A stretch of DNA of 64,000 nucleotides from Terriglobia bacterium (GTDB taxonomy: Bacteria; Acidobacteriota; Terriglobia; 20CM-2-55-15): positions 576,001-640,000 of the forward strand of contig CBDAOY010000007.1 of the NCBI GenBank assembly GCA_965198225.1. Direction: 5' to 3'. The notes under the pieces are model-generated. The model saw only the letters and a list, made by a program, of their open reading frames with translations. It did no database searches and was not told where the DNA came from. Shown here piece by piece: positions 48,982-58,393 of this stretch. The position numbers and the translations under genes were made by a program. Each line of letters opens with the position of its first letter. Position 1 is the stretch's first letter.

Positions 48982-51222
48982 ATGGATCGTCGCGAATTTG
49001 TCAGAATCACGGCTGCCACGGGCGCGAGCGCTACGCTCGCTGGTTGCGGCAACCCGGAAAATCAGCTGATTCGCTTCATCCCGGATGAGCAACTTATACC
49101 GGGACAGTCGATCCTGAAACCAGGCGTCTGTCCCCTCTGCACGGCCGGGTGCGGCCTGCAAGTACGGGTTATGGAAGGGGATGTCGAGGTCGTCCGGAAT
49201 GGCCAGGCGGGCGTGACGACCAAGGGGCTGGCCAAGAAGCTGGAAGGCAACCCGGAACATCCCGTGAGCCAGGGCAAGCTCTGCGTGCGCGGGCAGGCGG
49301 CGATCCAGGTGACCTACCACCCCGACCGCATCACGCAACCGCTGAAGCGATCCGGCGAGCGGGGCTCCGGTCAGTTCGAGCCCGTGTCCTGGGAAGAAGC
49401 GCAGGCCGAATTGGTGTCTCAACTGGATGCTTTAGCCGCAGCCGGCAACCAGGATGCATTGGGCTTCCTGACTCGACCCCTGAGCGGAGGGCGCCGCGAT
49501 CTGATCGACGAGTTCCTGGGCCGCTTCGGCGCTGGGCCGGCGATAACCTTCGAGGTCTTCGGGGATCAGGTGCTGCGCCGTGCCAACGCGTTGAGCTTCG
49601 GTTTCGAGCAGCTTCCGACGCTGGACCTCGGACGGTCGAATTACATCATCGGGTTCGGAGCTGATTTTCTGGGGACCTGGAATTCGCCTGTCGCCCAGAA
49701 CATCGCCTACGGTGAGATGCGGAAGGGCCGTCCGGGTGTTCGCGGCAAGTTCGTCCAGGTCGAGCCGCGGATGTCTCAGACGGGCGCGAACGCCGACGAA
49801 TGGGTTCCCGTGAGTACCGGCACCGAGGGTGTTCTGGCTCTTGGGATCGCCCACCTCATTATCGATTCTGGACAAGCAACACCGGACGACGCGGGCCGGG
49901 CCGGTGAATTGATCGAGGGTTGGGCCGACGGTCTGCCATCCTACGAACCCGAACAGGTCGAGGAGATTACCGGAGTCGCTTCGGAACGCCTTAGGCGGCT
50001 GGCGCGAGAATTCGCAGACAACGGCCCGGCCGTGGCCCTCGTCGGCGGCGCGCCGTTGGCGCAGACCAACGGTCTCTTCCACGCGCTCGCAGTGAACGCC
50101 CTGAATGCACTGGTGGGAAGCGTCCAGCAAGCGGGAGGCGTCGTATTCACCCCGAGGGCGGCTGCGTTCGGAGGTCCACCCCGCGAGGCGCCCTCCGTTC
50201 GCGACCTCGCCGCTCGCGCAAGGGACGCCGGGGAATCTCCGTTGCAGGTACTTCTACTCAACGACACCAACCCCGTCTTCGGAGCTCCGCCGGCCTGGGG
50301 TGTCGGAGACGCGCTGTCTTCAATTCCCTACATCGCCAGCTTCGGAAACTTTGTTGACGAGACGAACACCCTCGCCGACCTGATTCTTCCGGATCATTCT
50401 TTCCTCGAGTCGTGGGTTGACGCCGTGCCCGAGTCCGGAACGACGATGGCCGTAGCGAGCCTGGCTCCTCCGGCAATGCGACCGCTTCACGAGACACGGG
50501 CCATGCCCGATGTTCTTTTAGAGGTCGGGCGGAGTCTCGCCCAGCCCCTGGATCCGGTACTTCCGTGGCAGAGTTACGAGGAACTCTTGCGAGCGAAGTT
50601 CGAAGCCCTTCCCGTTGCGGAGGGGTCCTCAAACATTTGGGCCAGCGCGCGGCTGCAGGGCGGATGGTGGAGCGAACTCCCGCTCGAGGAACCCTCCGGC
50701 GGGGATCCGGGTCGAGACCCTGTGGCCTTTACAGAAGCCGCATTCGACGGCGAGGACGGCCAGTATGCCTATCACTTTCTTCCCTTCGCGTCGCAGGCGT
50801 TCCTGGATGGCTCGCTGGCTCACCTGCCCTGGCTGCAGGAGCTCCCGGACGTGCTCTCAACGGCGATGTGGAGCAGTTGGGTGGAAATCAACGCCACGAC
50901 GGCGGCCGGTTTGGGCATCGCGCAGGGTGACCTCGTCGAAGTCACGTCTTCTGAAGGCAGCATTCGCGCGCCTGCGTTCCCCTCGCCGGCTATCGCACCC
51001 GACGTGATCGCGATGCCGGTGGGTCAGGGACATGAGACGTTCACCCGCTACGCGAGCGGCCGAGGCGCCAATCCCATCCGCATTCTTGCGCCGCTGGAGG
51101 AGCCTGAAACCGGCGAGCTTGCGTGGGCGGCTACACGCGTGCGTATTTCAAGGGTCGACGGTGAGGGCGAACTCATTCTGTTCGGCGGAGCCCTGAGGGA
51201 ACATCCGGAACATTCGAGGTAA
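48982..51222 (+). CDS. Tat-exported molybdopterin-oxidoreductase-like subunit (QrcB/ActB1-like)
   Basis: DRREF twin-Arg plus LAGC lipobox; CPLCTAGC...LCVRG; ADLILP. Confidence 0.88.
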   Translation: MDRREFVRITAATGASATLAGCGNPENQLIRFIPDEQLIPGQSILKPGVCPLCTAGCGLQVRVMEGDVEVVRNGQAGVTTKGLAKKLEGNPEHPVSQGKLCVRGQAAIQVTYHPDRITQPLKRSGERGSGQFEPVSWEEAQAELVSQLDALAAAGNQDALGFLTRPLSGGRRDLIDEFLGRFGAGPAITFEVFGDQVLRRANALSFGFEQLPTLDLGRSNYIIGFGADFLGTWNSPVAQNIAYGEMRKGRPGVRGKFVQVEPRMSQTGANADEWVPVSTGTEGVLALGIAHLIIDSGQATPDDAGRAGELIEGWADGLPSYEPEQVEEITGVASERLRRLAREFADNGPAVALVGGAPLAQTNGLFHALAVNALNALVGSVQQAGGVVFTPRAAAFGGPPREAPSVRDLAARARDAGESPLQVLLLNDTNPVFGAPPAWGVGDALSSIPYIASFGNFVDETNTLADLILPDHSFLESWVDAVPESGTTMAVASLAPPAMRPLHETRAMPDVLLEVGRSLAQPLDPVLPWQSYEELLRAKFEALPVAEGSSNIWASARLQGGWWSELPLEEPSGGDPGRDPVAFTEAAFDGEDGQYAYHFLPFASQAFLDGSLAHLPWLQELPDVLSTAMWSSWVEINATTAAGLGIAQGDLVEVTSSEGSIRAPAFPSPAIAPDVIAMPVGQGHETFTRYASGRGANPIRILAPLEEPETGELAWAATRVRISRVDGEGELILFGGALREHPEHSR

Positions 51223-51225
51223 AAG

Positions 51226-51969
51226 ATGCAGGAAGAGCAAGAGCAGCAGGCGGCCCCGAGGGATGGTTATCGTTGGGGCATGGCGGTGGACCTGGATCGT
51301 TGTACGGGATGCGAAGCCTGTGTAACGGCATGCCACGCGGAAAACAACATCCCGACCGTCGGTCCGGATCAAGCGGGCCGGGGACGGGCGATGCACTGGA
51401 TCCGGGTCGAGCGCTATTTCGAAGGCGAGTTTCCAGACGTGCAGGTGAAATTCAGGCCCGTCTTCTGTCAGCAGTGCGACAACGCCCCGTGTGAGCCGGT
51501 CTGCCCGACCTACGCCAGCCATCATACCGAGGAGGGCCTGAACGCGCAGGTGTACAACCGGTGTATCGGCACACGGTACTGTGCCAACGCCTGCCCGTAC
51601 AGCGTGCGCTTCTTCAACTTCTACAATCCCGAATGGGACAAGCCACTCCATCTTCAGCTGAACCCGGATGTGTCCGTGCGCGAAGTCGGCGTCATGGAAA
51701 AATGCACGTTCTGCACACAGCGGATCAACGCAGCCAAGATCGAAGCCAAGGCCAGCGACGAAACCCTGCAGGACGGGGCGCTAAAGCCGGCCTGCGTCCA
51801 ATCATGCACCGCGAACGCGTTGGTCTTTGGTGATCTGAACGATCCTGAAAGCGAGGTTGCAAGGCTCTCGCGTTCCCCGCGGGGAACCAAGTTGCTCGAG
51901 GATCTTGGCACGCAGCCGTCGGTAACCTATCTCCAGCGGGAATCCTGGCATGAATCCGGCGACCGATAA
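51226..51969 (+). CDS. 4Fe-4S subunit (QrcC/ActB2-like)
   Basis: CTGCEACVTAC, CQQCDNAPCEPVCP, CIGTRYCANACP, KCTFC. Confidence 0.92.
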   Translation: MQEEQEQQAAPRDGYRWGMAVDLDRCTGCEACVTACHAENNIPTVGPDQAGRGRAMHWIRVERYFEGEFPDVQVKFRPVFCQQCDNAPCEPVCPTYASHHTEEGLNAQVYNRCIGTRYCANACPYSVRFFNFYNPEWDKPLHLQLNPDVSVREVGVMEKCTFCTQRINAAKIEAKASDETLQDGALKPACVQSCTANALVFGDLNDPESEVARLSRSPRGTKLLEDLGTQPSVTYLQRESWHESGDR

Positions 51970-53302
51970 CAAGATGACGGACGACCTGCTTCGTCCGCTG
52001 CTCCACACCTCAGCGAAGTTCTACCTAGCGGTGGTGTTCTTCGGCGCCATAGTCGCCGCAGGCTTTGCGGCGTGGGGGTACCAGGCCTACAACGGGATCG
52101 GCGTTGCGGGCATCAACTCACCGGTCTTCTGGGGTTTCTATCTCGTCAACTTCGTCTTTTGGATCGGGATCAGTCATGCCGGCACGCTGATCTCGGCGAT
52201 CCTTCGACTGACGAACGCCACATGGAGACGCCCGGTCACGCGATGCGCTGAAGTCATCACTGCGTTCGCTCTGATGATTGGTGGGCTGTTCCCACTCATC
52301 CATCTAGGCCGCGTCTGGCTGTTCTACTTCTTGATCCCATACCCCAACCAGAGGGAGCTGTGGCCGAACTTCCGATCGCCTCTCGTCTGGGACTTCTTCG
52401 CGATCAACACGTACCTGCTCTCGAGCCTTCTCTTTCTCGCGCTGCCGATGATTCCCGACTTTGCGCTCATCCGGGACCGGACGTCCGGAATGAGGAGCAG
52501 GATCTACGGCCTGCTGAGCCTGGGCTGGCAGGGGACGCCCAAGCAGTGGCATCGTCTGGAGAGCGCCATGCATATCATGGCGATCGCCATTGTTCCGATT
52601 GCGGTGTCGGTGCACACGGTTGTGTCGTTTGATTTTTCCATGTCGGTCGTGCCGATGTGGCATACGGCGATCTTCGGTCCGTACTTTGTCGCAGGGGCGA
52701 TCTTCAGCGGCATCGGCGCGCTGGTCATCGCGATGGCGGTAATCCGGAAGCTGCTCCACCTGGAAGAGTACCTGAGACCGATCCACTTCCAGAACCTCGC
52801 GAAGCTGCTTCTGACGATGAGCCTGCTCTGGGGCTACTTCGTCTTCAACGAGCGGCTCACGGTCTGGTACGGTAACGAAACACACGAGAAGGGGGTTTTC
52901 TGGGCTACCCAGACCGGTGAGTTCGCCCCGTTCTTCTGGGTCATGCTGCTGGTCAATTTCGTGCTCCCCATCGTGATCATTGGCGTTCGGAGGTTCCGGA
53001 CGATAACCGGTATCGTCATCGCGTCCTGCGGCGTGGTGTTAGGCATGTGGCTGGAGCGCTTCTTGATCGTCATTCCGTCGCTGTCCTATAAGCAACTGAC
53101 TTACTCATGGGGGAGCTACGCCCCGACCTCCGTGGAGCTGACGATCATGGTCGCCACGTTCGCAGGTATGGCGCTGCTCTATATTCTGTTCTGCAAGTTC
53201 GTCCCGATCATCTCCATCTGGGAACTCAAAGTGGGCCAGCATCCGGAAATAAAGGCCGCGGAGTCTGTGGCTGAAGCCGAGGCGGCGGGAGAACTTGTAT
53301 GA
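51950..53302 (+). CDS. NrfD/PsrC-family membrane subunit (ActC/QrcD-like)
   Basis: NFVFWIGISHAGTLISAIL, HLGR, NFRSPLVWD, PYFVAGAIFSG. Confidence 0.92.
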   Translation: MNPATDNKMTDDLLRPLLHTSAKFYLAVVFFGAIVAAGFAAWGYQAYNGIGVAGINSPVFWGFYLVNFVFWIGISHAGTLISAILRLTNATWRRPVTRCAEVITAFALMIGGLFPLIHLGRVWLFYFLIPYPNQRELWPNFRSPLVWDFFAINTYLLSSLLFLALPMIPDFALIRDRTSGMRSRIYGLLSLGWQGTPKQWHRLESAMHIMAIAIVPIAVSVHTVVSFDFSMSVVPMWHTAIFGPYFVAGAIFSGIGALVIAMAVIRKLLHLEEYLRPIHFQNLAKLLLTMSLLWGYFVFNERLTVWYGNETHEKGVFWATQTGEFAPFFWVMLLVNFVLPIVIIGVRRFRTITGIVIASCGVVLGMWLERFLIVIPSLSYKQLTYSWGSYAPTSVELTIMVATFAGMALLYILFCKFVPIISIWELKVGQHPEIKAAESVAEAEAAGELV

Positions 53303-53790
53303 AGCCCGTTTACGCACTCTATGCGAGCCCCGAACTGGCTCAGCGAGCCGTGGATGCCCTCAGAAGGGCCGGCATCGCCGACGGCGACATCGCCATCCTG
53401 TCGTCGGAGCCGCTCGAAGAACACGAGTTTGGCCAGCGGGATCGGGCGACTTGGATGTCGGAAATCGCCATCATGGGTGGCGCAGTCGGCCTTCTCACGG
53501 CTTATTTGCTCACGTCACTCTCACAGCGGGCATGGCCTCTGAACACCGGCGGCATGCCGATCGTCTCGCACTGGGCGAACATGGTCCCGTATTTCGAATT
53601 GACGATGCTGGGCATCGTTCTCGCGACGTTCGTGACCCTCCTGATCACTGCCCGGCTGCCTGGCCGAGTCGGGGAACCCTACGATCCGGAAATCGCCAAC
53701 GGCAAGATTCTCATCGGAGTCACCACCCCCCCCGACGCCACCCGGTCCGAGCTCGAGCGGGTGCTCCGGGACGTCCTCCCCGGAATCTGA
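53299..53790 (+). CDS. DUF3341 / ActD-like membrane protein
   Basis: Two TM segments with WPLNTGGMP and FELTML; ATGA overlap with the preceding gene. Confidence 0.8.
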   Translation: MKPVYALYASPELAQRAVDALRRAGIADGDIAILSSEPLEEHEFGQRDRATWMSEIAIMGGAVGLLTAYLLTSLSQRAWPLNTGGMPIVSHWANMVPYFELTMLGIVLATFVTLLITARLPGRVGEPYDPEIANGKILIGVTTPPDATRSELERVLRDVLPGI

Positions 53791-53904
53791 ACAGTCGCAC
53801 GGGTGTAGAATAGCTCCTTAGTTTTGATCCGTTTTAAGGGAAACCGCAGTCGGCGTCCGGAGTGGACAGAAGTACTCTTTTGCCATATTGCGGGCCCGGT
53901 CGAT

Positions 53905-53934
53905 TTGTCGAATTGGGCCTTCAGAGATTATCAT
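53905..53934 (+). promoter_or_regulatory. Candidate sigma70 promoter for nadA
   Basis: TTGTCG-18nt-TATCAT; the -10 box is bracketed by inverted repeat CTTCAGA/TCTGAAG. Confidence 0.35.
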
Positions 53935-53945
53935 TAAGTCTGAAG

Positions 53946-53972
53946 AGGGTCCCGGGCGGGACCCTTTCATTT
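53946..53972 (+). terminator. GC hairpin with T-rich tail upstream of nadA
   Basis: AGGGTCCC-GGGC-GGGACCCT followed by TTCATTT. Confidence 0.4.
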
Positions 53973-54001
53973 CATAAAGAGCTTTTCCGGGATTTCATCC
54001 G

Positions 54002-55090
54002 ATGCTACAGGCCCTACTTCCCGAGCACCTGACGCGGCTCACCGACGGCGAGACCGATCGGCGCATCACCGAACTGCGCGATCGACTGGGGCCCCGTCTG
54101 GTCGTCCTCGGCCACCACTACCAGCGCGATGAGGTCATCAAGTTCGCAGACCTCCGCGGCGATTCGTTCAAGCTCGCACAGTGGGCTTCACGGCAGGAGG
54201 ATGCCGAGTACATCCTGTTCTGCGGCGTGCACTTCATGGCCGAGAGCGCCGACATCCTGAGCGCTCCTTACCAGAAGGTGATCCTGCCCGACCTGAACGC
54301 GGGCTGTTCGATGGCCGATATGGCGGCGCTCGATCAGGTGGAGACCTGCTGGGAGCAGTTGCAGGCTCGAACCCCGGAGAAGATCATTCCGATCACCTAC
54401 ATGAACTCCGCCGCCGGCATCAAAGCGTTCTGCGGCCGCAACGACGGCGCGGTATGCACATCTTCGAACGCTCCGGCCGTCATGAGGTGGGCGCTGGAAC
54501 GTGGAGATAAGGTGCTTTTCATGCCCGATCAGCATCTGGGCCGGAACACTGCCTACCAGCTGGGTTTCCGTCTGGAGGAAATGGTCGTGTGGGATCCGTT
54601 CGAGGAGCTGGGCGGAAACACGGAAGAACAGCTGATCGAAAGCCGGTTCGTCCTCTGGAAAGGCCATTGTTCGGTCCATGGAAGATTCCTGCCGCTCCAC
54701 GTCGAGCGCGTTCGCGAGCGGTATCCGGATATCCGCGTGATCTCCCATCCGGAGTGCCGGTTCGATGTCGTGGAGGCCTCCGATTCGGTCGGTTCGACCG
54801 AGCACATCATCAAGTGCGTGACGCAGTCGCCGGCCGGAACGAAGTGGGCGATCGGAACCGAGATCCACCTCGTCAACCGGCTGAAGAACGAAAACCCCGA
54901 TCGTTTCATCATCCCGCTCGACGACTGCGGCTGCCTCTGTTCGACGATGTTCCGGATCGACGCGCCCCACCTGTTGTGGTCGATGGAAAACCTCGTCGAC
55001 GGCAAGCCCGTCAATCAGATCACGGTCCCGGAGAACGTCGCCGAGTGGGCGCGCGTGTCGCTGAACCGGATGCTGGAAATCACGAACTGA
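54002..55090 (+). CDS. nadA: Quinolinate synthase A
   Basis: GHHYQ, CGVHFMAES, AGCSMADM, CSVH, HPEC, CSTM. Confidence 0.97.
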   Translation: MLQALLPEHLTRLTDGETDRRITELRDRLGPRLVVLGHHYQRDEVIKFADLRGDSFKLAQWASRQEDAEYILFCGVHFMAESADILSAPYQKVILPDLNAGCSMADMAALDQVETCWEQLQARTPEKIIPITYMNSAAGIKAFCGRNDGAVCTSSNAPAVMRWALERGDKVLFMPDQHLGRNTAYQLGFRLEEMVVWDPFEELGGNTEEQLIESRFVLWKGHCSVHGRFLPLHVERVRERYPDIRVISHPECRFDVVEASDSVGSTEHIIKCVTQSPAGTKWAIGTEIHLVNRLKNENPDRFIIPLDDCGCLCSTMFRIDAPHLLWSMENLVDGKPVNQITVPENVAEWARVSLNRMLEITN

Positions 55091-55097
55091 AGCAGGT

Positions 55098-55364
55098 GTA
55101 GGTGCGCTCATACAAGCTGTGAACGAATGTCATTTGTTGGAGAATCGGGTGGCGGGGCTTTTCACGAAGAACCTGCGATCCTCAAGTGTAGGTGCGCTCT
55201 ATGAGCGCACAAATGCCCGCGGAACCACAAGTTGTGCGGTCATAGACCGCACCTACACGTGAAAAGCCCCGCCACCCGATTTTCCGTTCCCATAATTCGT
55301 TCACAGCTCGTATGAGCGCACACCCATCGATCCTGAAGAATGTGCGGTCATAGACCGCACCTAC
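55098..55364. mobile_element. Nested REP/MITE-like composite element
   Basis: 27-bp IR (55102-55128/55295-55321) encloses a 24-bp perfect IR (55143-55166/55258-55281), which encloses a REP doublet (55188-55256); terminal REP at 55342-55364. Confidence 0.75.
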
Positions 55365-55376
55365 AACTTTCCTTAA

Positions 55377-55649
55377 ATGCCTGCCAGACGCTTCATCGTC
55401 TCCGGTCGCGTCCAGAGAGTCGGCTACCGGTACTTTACTCTGTCGGCCGCACTAAGTTACGGTATCCGCGGCTGGGTGAGGAACACTCCCGACGGCCGCG
55501 TCGAAGTGTACGCTGAAGCCGACGAACCGGGCCTGGAATCCTTCAAGACCGACCTGGAGCGAGGTCCTTTCGGCTCTCGTGTCCGTGACGTTCTCGAGGA
55601 AAGACTCCCGGCTTCCGACTCCTTTTCATCTTTTACGATTCGAGGTTGA
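55377..55649 (+). CDS. acyP: Acylphosphatase
   Basis: [21 protein letters not shown]. Confidence 0.92.
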   Translation: MPARRFIVSGRVQRVGYRYFTLSAALSYGIRGWVRNTPDGRVEVYAEADEPGLESFKTDLERGPFGSRVRDVLEERLPASDSFSSFTIRG

Positions 55650-55653
55650 TTCG

Positions 55654-56169
55654 ATGGACGAGTTCAAACAATTGATCCGCGAGGTGCCCGATTATCCCAA
55701 GCCGGGCATCCTCTTCTATGACATCACCACGTTGCTCAAAGACAGGGAAGGCTTCTGTCGACTCGTCGATTACATGACGCTGCAGACACGACCGATTCAC
55801 GCCGACCTGGTGGCCGGGATCGAAGCACGCGGCTTCATCTTCGCACCTGCGTTGGCATACAACATCAATGCCGGTTTCGTGCCGATCCGGAAACCGAACA
55901 AACTGCCGGCGGAAACCGAAGTCATTACATACGACCTCGAATACGGAACCGACACCCTGGAAATCCACAAGGACGCGGTTCAACCGGGTGATCGCGTCAT
56001 CATCGCCGACGACTTGCTCGCGACCGGCGGAACCGCTCAGGCATCGGCGAAGCTCGTCGAAAAAGCCGGCGGTGTCGTCTCAGGCTTCACCTTCGTTGTC
56101 GAGTTGGAGTTTCTGAGCGGCAGGGACAAGCTGGAAGGCTACGACGTTTTTTCCCTGATTCAGTATTGA
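55654..56169 (+). CDS. apt: Adenine phosphoribosyltransferase
   Basis: [27 protein letters not shown]. Confidence 0.96.
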   Translation: MDEFKQLIREVPDYPKPGILFYDITTLLKDREGFCRLVDYMTLQTRPIHADLVAGIEARGFIFAPALAYNINAGFVPIRKPNKLPAETEVITYDLEYGTDTLEIHKDAVQPGDRVIIADDLLATGGTAQASAKLVEKAGGVVSGFTFVVELEFLSGRDKLEGYDVFSLIQY

Positions 56170-56219
56170 TGCGAGATGGAGGCCGGGCTGGGAGCCCGGT
56201 CTCCGTCTAACTATCTCTT

Positions 56220-57002
56220 CTACGGTATCGGCGAGGCCGGCGAGCACTCCGGATGTCCGAATCCCATATCGCTGACCTGATGGCCATTCACGTCCGGAGC
56301 GATGTCGTAGACGATGTTGTCGTCGTTTGGGGTGTTGTCCAGACCGAGCAGCGCTCGGGTCCGCCAGGCGATCGTGTGGTCGGCGCACGAAGTATCACCG
56401 CTTACGCCGATTGCCCCTAAGAGGACCCTGTCGTCATCGTAGAGCGCCAAGCCGCCTCCGAATACGTTCACGCCGCCGATCTTCCTACCGACCATAGGAT
56501 CGTTATGCTGACCGTACTTCTTGGCGTTGCCGCGATAGGCTACGCCGACATCCACGGGGTTGCTCTCCTGCAGTCCAAACAGGCTCTCGTCGGGTTGCAC
56601 TGCCGAAAACAGGTTGGCGGTCGACAGGGCCAGGATTGGAAGACTGAAGGCATTCGCCGTGTTGGCCTTTTGGGCTGAAATCGCGCGGCTTCCCGGCCAC
56701 TGGTCCCCACGATCGCCCCCCGTGAACGCGACGGCACACACTTCGCCGTCGCGGTTCACCATGGTTCCCCACATGTTCAGACCAAACCCACCGTTGTCGC
56801 CGAAGAATTCGTTTACGGCGACCAGTGTCAGCGCTGCCTTGAGGTCGGCGTGGTTGGGAAGGTCCCCGCACCCACCTCCTCCATCGTCATCGTCGTCGTC
56901 CCCAGACCAGGGTCCGGCAGCCAGGGCCAGCGCGGGAACCAGGCAAAATAGAACTACAAGAAAGGCTTGATGTTTGAATCTCATGAGCGTGTGCAACTTC
57001 AT
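56220..57002 (-). CDS. Exported GlcG/HbpS-like heme-binding protein
   Basis: Signal peptide, SRAISAQKANTA, FGGGLALY, GAIGVSG; GGAGG RBS before ATG 57002. Confidence 0.8.
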   Translation of the reverse strand: MKLHTLMRFKHQAFLVVLFCLVPALALAAGPWSGDDDDDDGGGGCGDLPNHADLKAALTLVAVNEFFGDNGGFGLNMWGTMVNRDGEVCAVAFTGGDRGDQWPGSRAISAQKANTANAFSLPILALSTANLFSAVQPDESLFGLQESNPVDVGVAYRGNAKKYGQHNDPMVGRKIGGVNVFGGGLALYDDDRVLLGAIGVSGDTSCADHTIAWRTRALLGLDNTPNDDNIVYDIAPDVNGHQVSDMGFGHPECSPASPIP

Positions 57003-57561
57003 TCTCTGATGACCTCCGATTCGACTTGGGTGTGTCCCCACAGTTTGAGTGTTCACTTCCGGACGTCGGCCCGCAAGGATCTGAGAAGCTCCGATGTCGT
57101 GTCGCGCTCTCGTCTTAACTCGACCGAGGCACAACCCGCCTCTCGAGGCCGGATCCGGTTTGCGAACCCCGCAACTCCGAACCACTCATTTAGTTGTTAG
57201 GATGCGTCTTGCAGTGATAGGACCGACGCTTGCCTGCGTTGCCCTTTGCTGCTAGGAAGGTTGCTTATTCTTACGCGAAAGACATGCAGAAATCCAGCGT
57301 TTCTGGCGCAGACGAGGTAAGGCAGCGGTGTTGCGTGGCACTTTCGCCCCACGTGAGGCTCGCGTCGATGGCCTAAGACCCGCCGCGACACCGGCGCCTT
57401 TGTTCGGTGGGTTGTAACCAGTTTCAAGCTGGCGATTCGGGCACGAATGCGGGCACAATGACCGTGGGCGCGCAGCAGTGATGGAGTGCTCAGACGGGAC
57501 GAAGACTGAAAGGATTTTCCGGGTTTTTCGTTGTGGAGTTCGCCTACCGCCCCACAAGCAC

Positions 57562-57635
57562 GGCCCTGTAGCTCAGTAGGATAGAGCAGCGGTTTCCTAA
57601 ACCGAAGGTCGCAGGTTCGACTCCTGCCAGGGCTA
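57562..57635 (+). tRNA. tRNA-Arg (anticodon CCT)
   Basis: GGCCCTG/CAGGGCT acceptor stem, TAGCTCAG D arm, TTCCTAA anticodon loop, GGTTCGACTCC T arm; CCA not encoded. Confidence 0.95.
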
Positions 57636-57651
57636 TTTTCCCCCAACCCGG

Positions 57652-58050
57652 TCAGTAATCGATGTAGACGAATCGGTGTGGAGCCCCCGCTTGGATCTCG
57701 AACGTGAGGCGGGAAGGGTGGCCGGCGTCGGCGGGGGCGAACGTCATGATGACCGTGTAGGGACCCTTGGGCATCGCACCTTCGAAAGGCGATACGCTGA
57801 AGTCCTTTCGGATCGTCCGCAGCATCTCCATCAAGTCTTCTTCGGGGTGGGCGTCTGTGATGACCGGCGCCATCTTTTCTTTGATGAACACCCGAAGCGG
57901 CTCGTCACCTTCGCTCTCGATCATCTCCTGCAGCGCCATGACGGCCTTGAACCGCGGTGAATTCGGGTCGGCTTCGCGCTGAGCCAGAGCGACGGGAACC
58001 AGGGATACAGTGATCAGGACAGCGAGGGCCGCACGGAACGTAACTCTCAT
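57652..58050 (-). CDS. Exported hypothetical protein
   Basis: Signal peptide ending ALA-Q; AAGGAG RBS. Confidence 0.7.
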   Translation of the reverse strand: MRVTFRAALAVLITVSLVPVALAQREADPNSPRFKAVMALQEMIESEGDEPLRVFIKEKMAPVITDAHPEEDLMEMLRTIRKDFSVSPFEGAMPKGPYTVIMTFAPADAGHPSRLTFEIQAGAPHRFVYIDY

Positions 58051-58229
58051 CGGATGCTCCTTCAGTTTCTCCAGCCAGGAGGATTTCAGAGATTACATCA
58101 TACCCTTCGGGTCTCTCAAAATGGTTAAGGGATGGTTAAGGATGCAAGACGAGCCGCCAGTAATCGGTAGTTTGCGGTGCCGGATTGGCGTTCAGGATCA
58201 TCAGAGGCTTGCCGGCGAGCCGAGGCCCC

Positions 58230-58269
58230 CAACTGACAACTGACTACTTACAACTGACTGCTGACAAGC
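58230..58269. repeat. Heptamer tandem repeat (CAACTGA-like)x5.5
   Basis: caactga caactga ctactta caactga ctgctga caagc. Confidence 0.8.
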
Positions 58270-58393
58270 AGCGGCCCCCGGCCGCAGCTTGTCTTTACCC
58301 CCTCGCTAGCTTAGAATCGACAAGTTTGGAAAAGGTCTGGAAGTCTCGCCGACACGGGTGGTTTCGAAAACCGTGCGGCGAGGGAGGTTGCGT

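Noticed and set aside
53818-53886. 22-codon minus-strand ORF MAKEYFCPLRT...
   Set aside because: Very short, no RBS and no recognisable motif
57120-57180. c-di-GMP-I riboswitch-like words (CGCAAA..TCCGGCCT) on the minus strand upstream of the GlcG-like gene
   Set aside because: The upstream GGCAAA stem and GAAA tetraloop are not visible; it would need a cmscan hit
57438-57457. CGGGCAC direct repeat as an integrase arm site near tRNA-Arg
   Set aside because: It lies 5' of the tRNA, and no integrase or duplicated tRNA 3' end was seen
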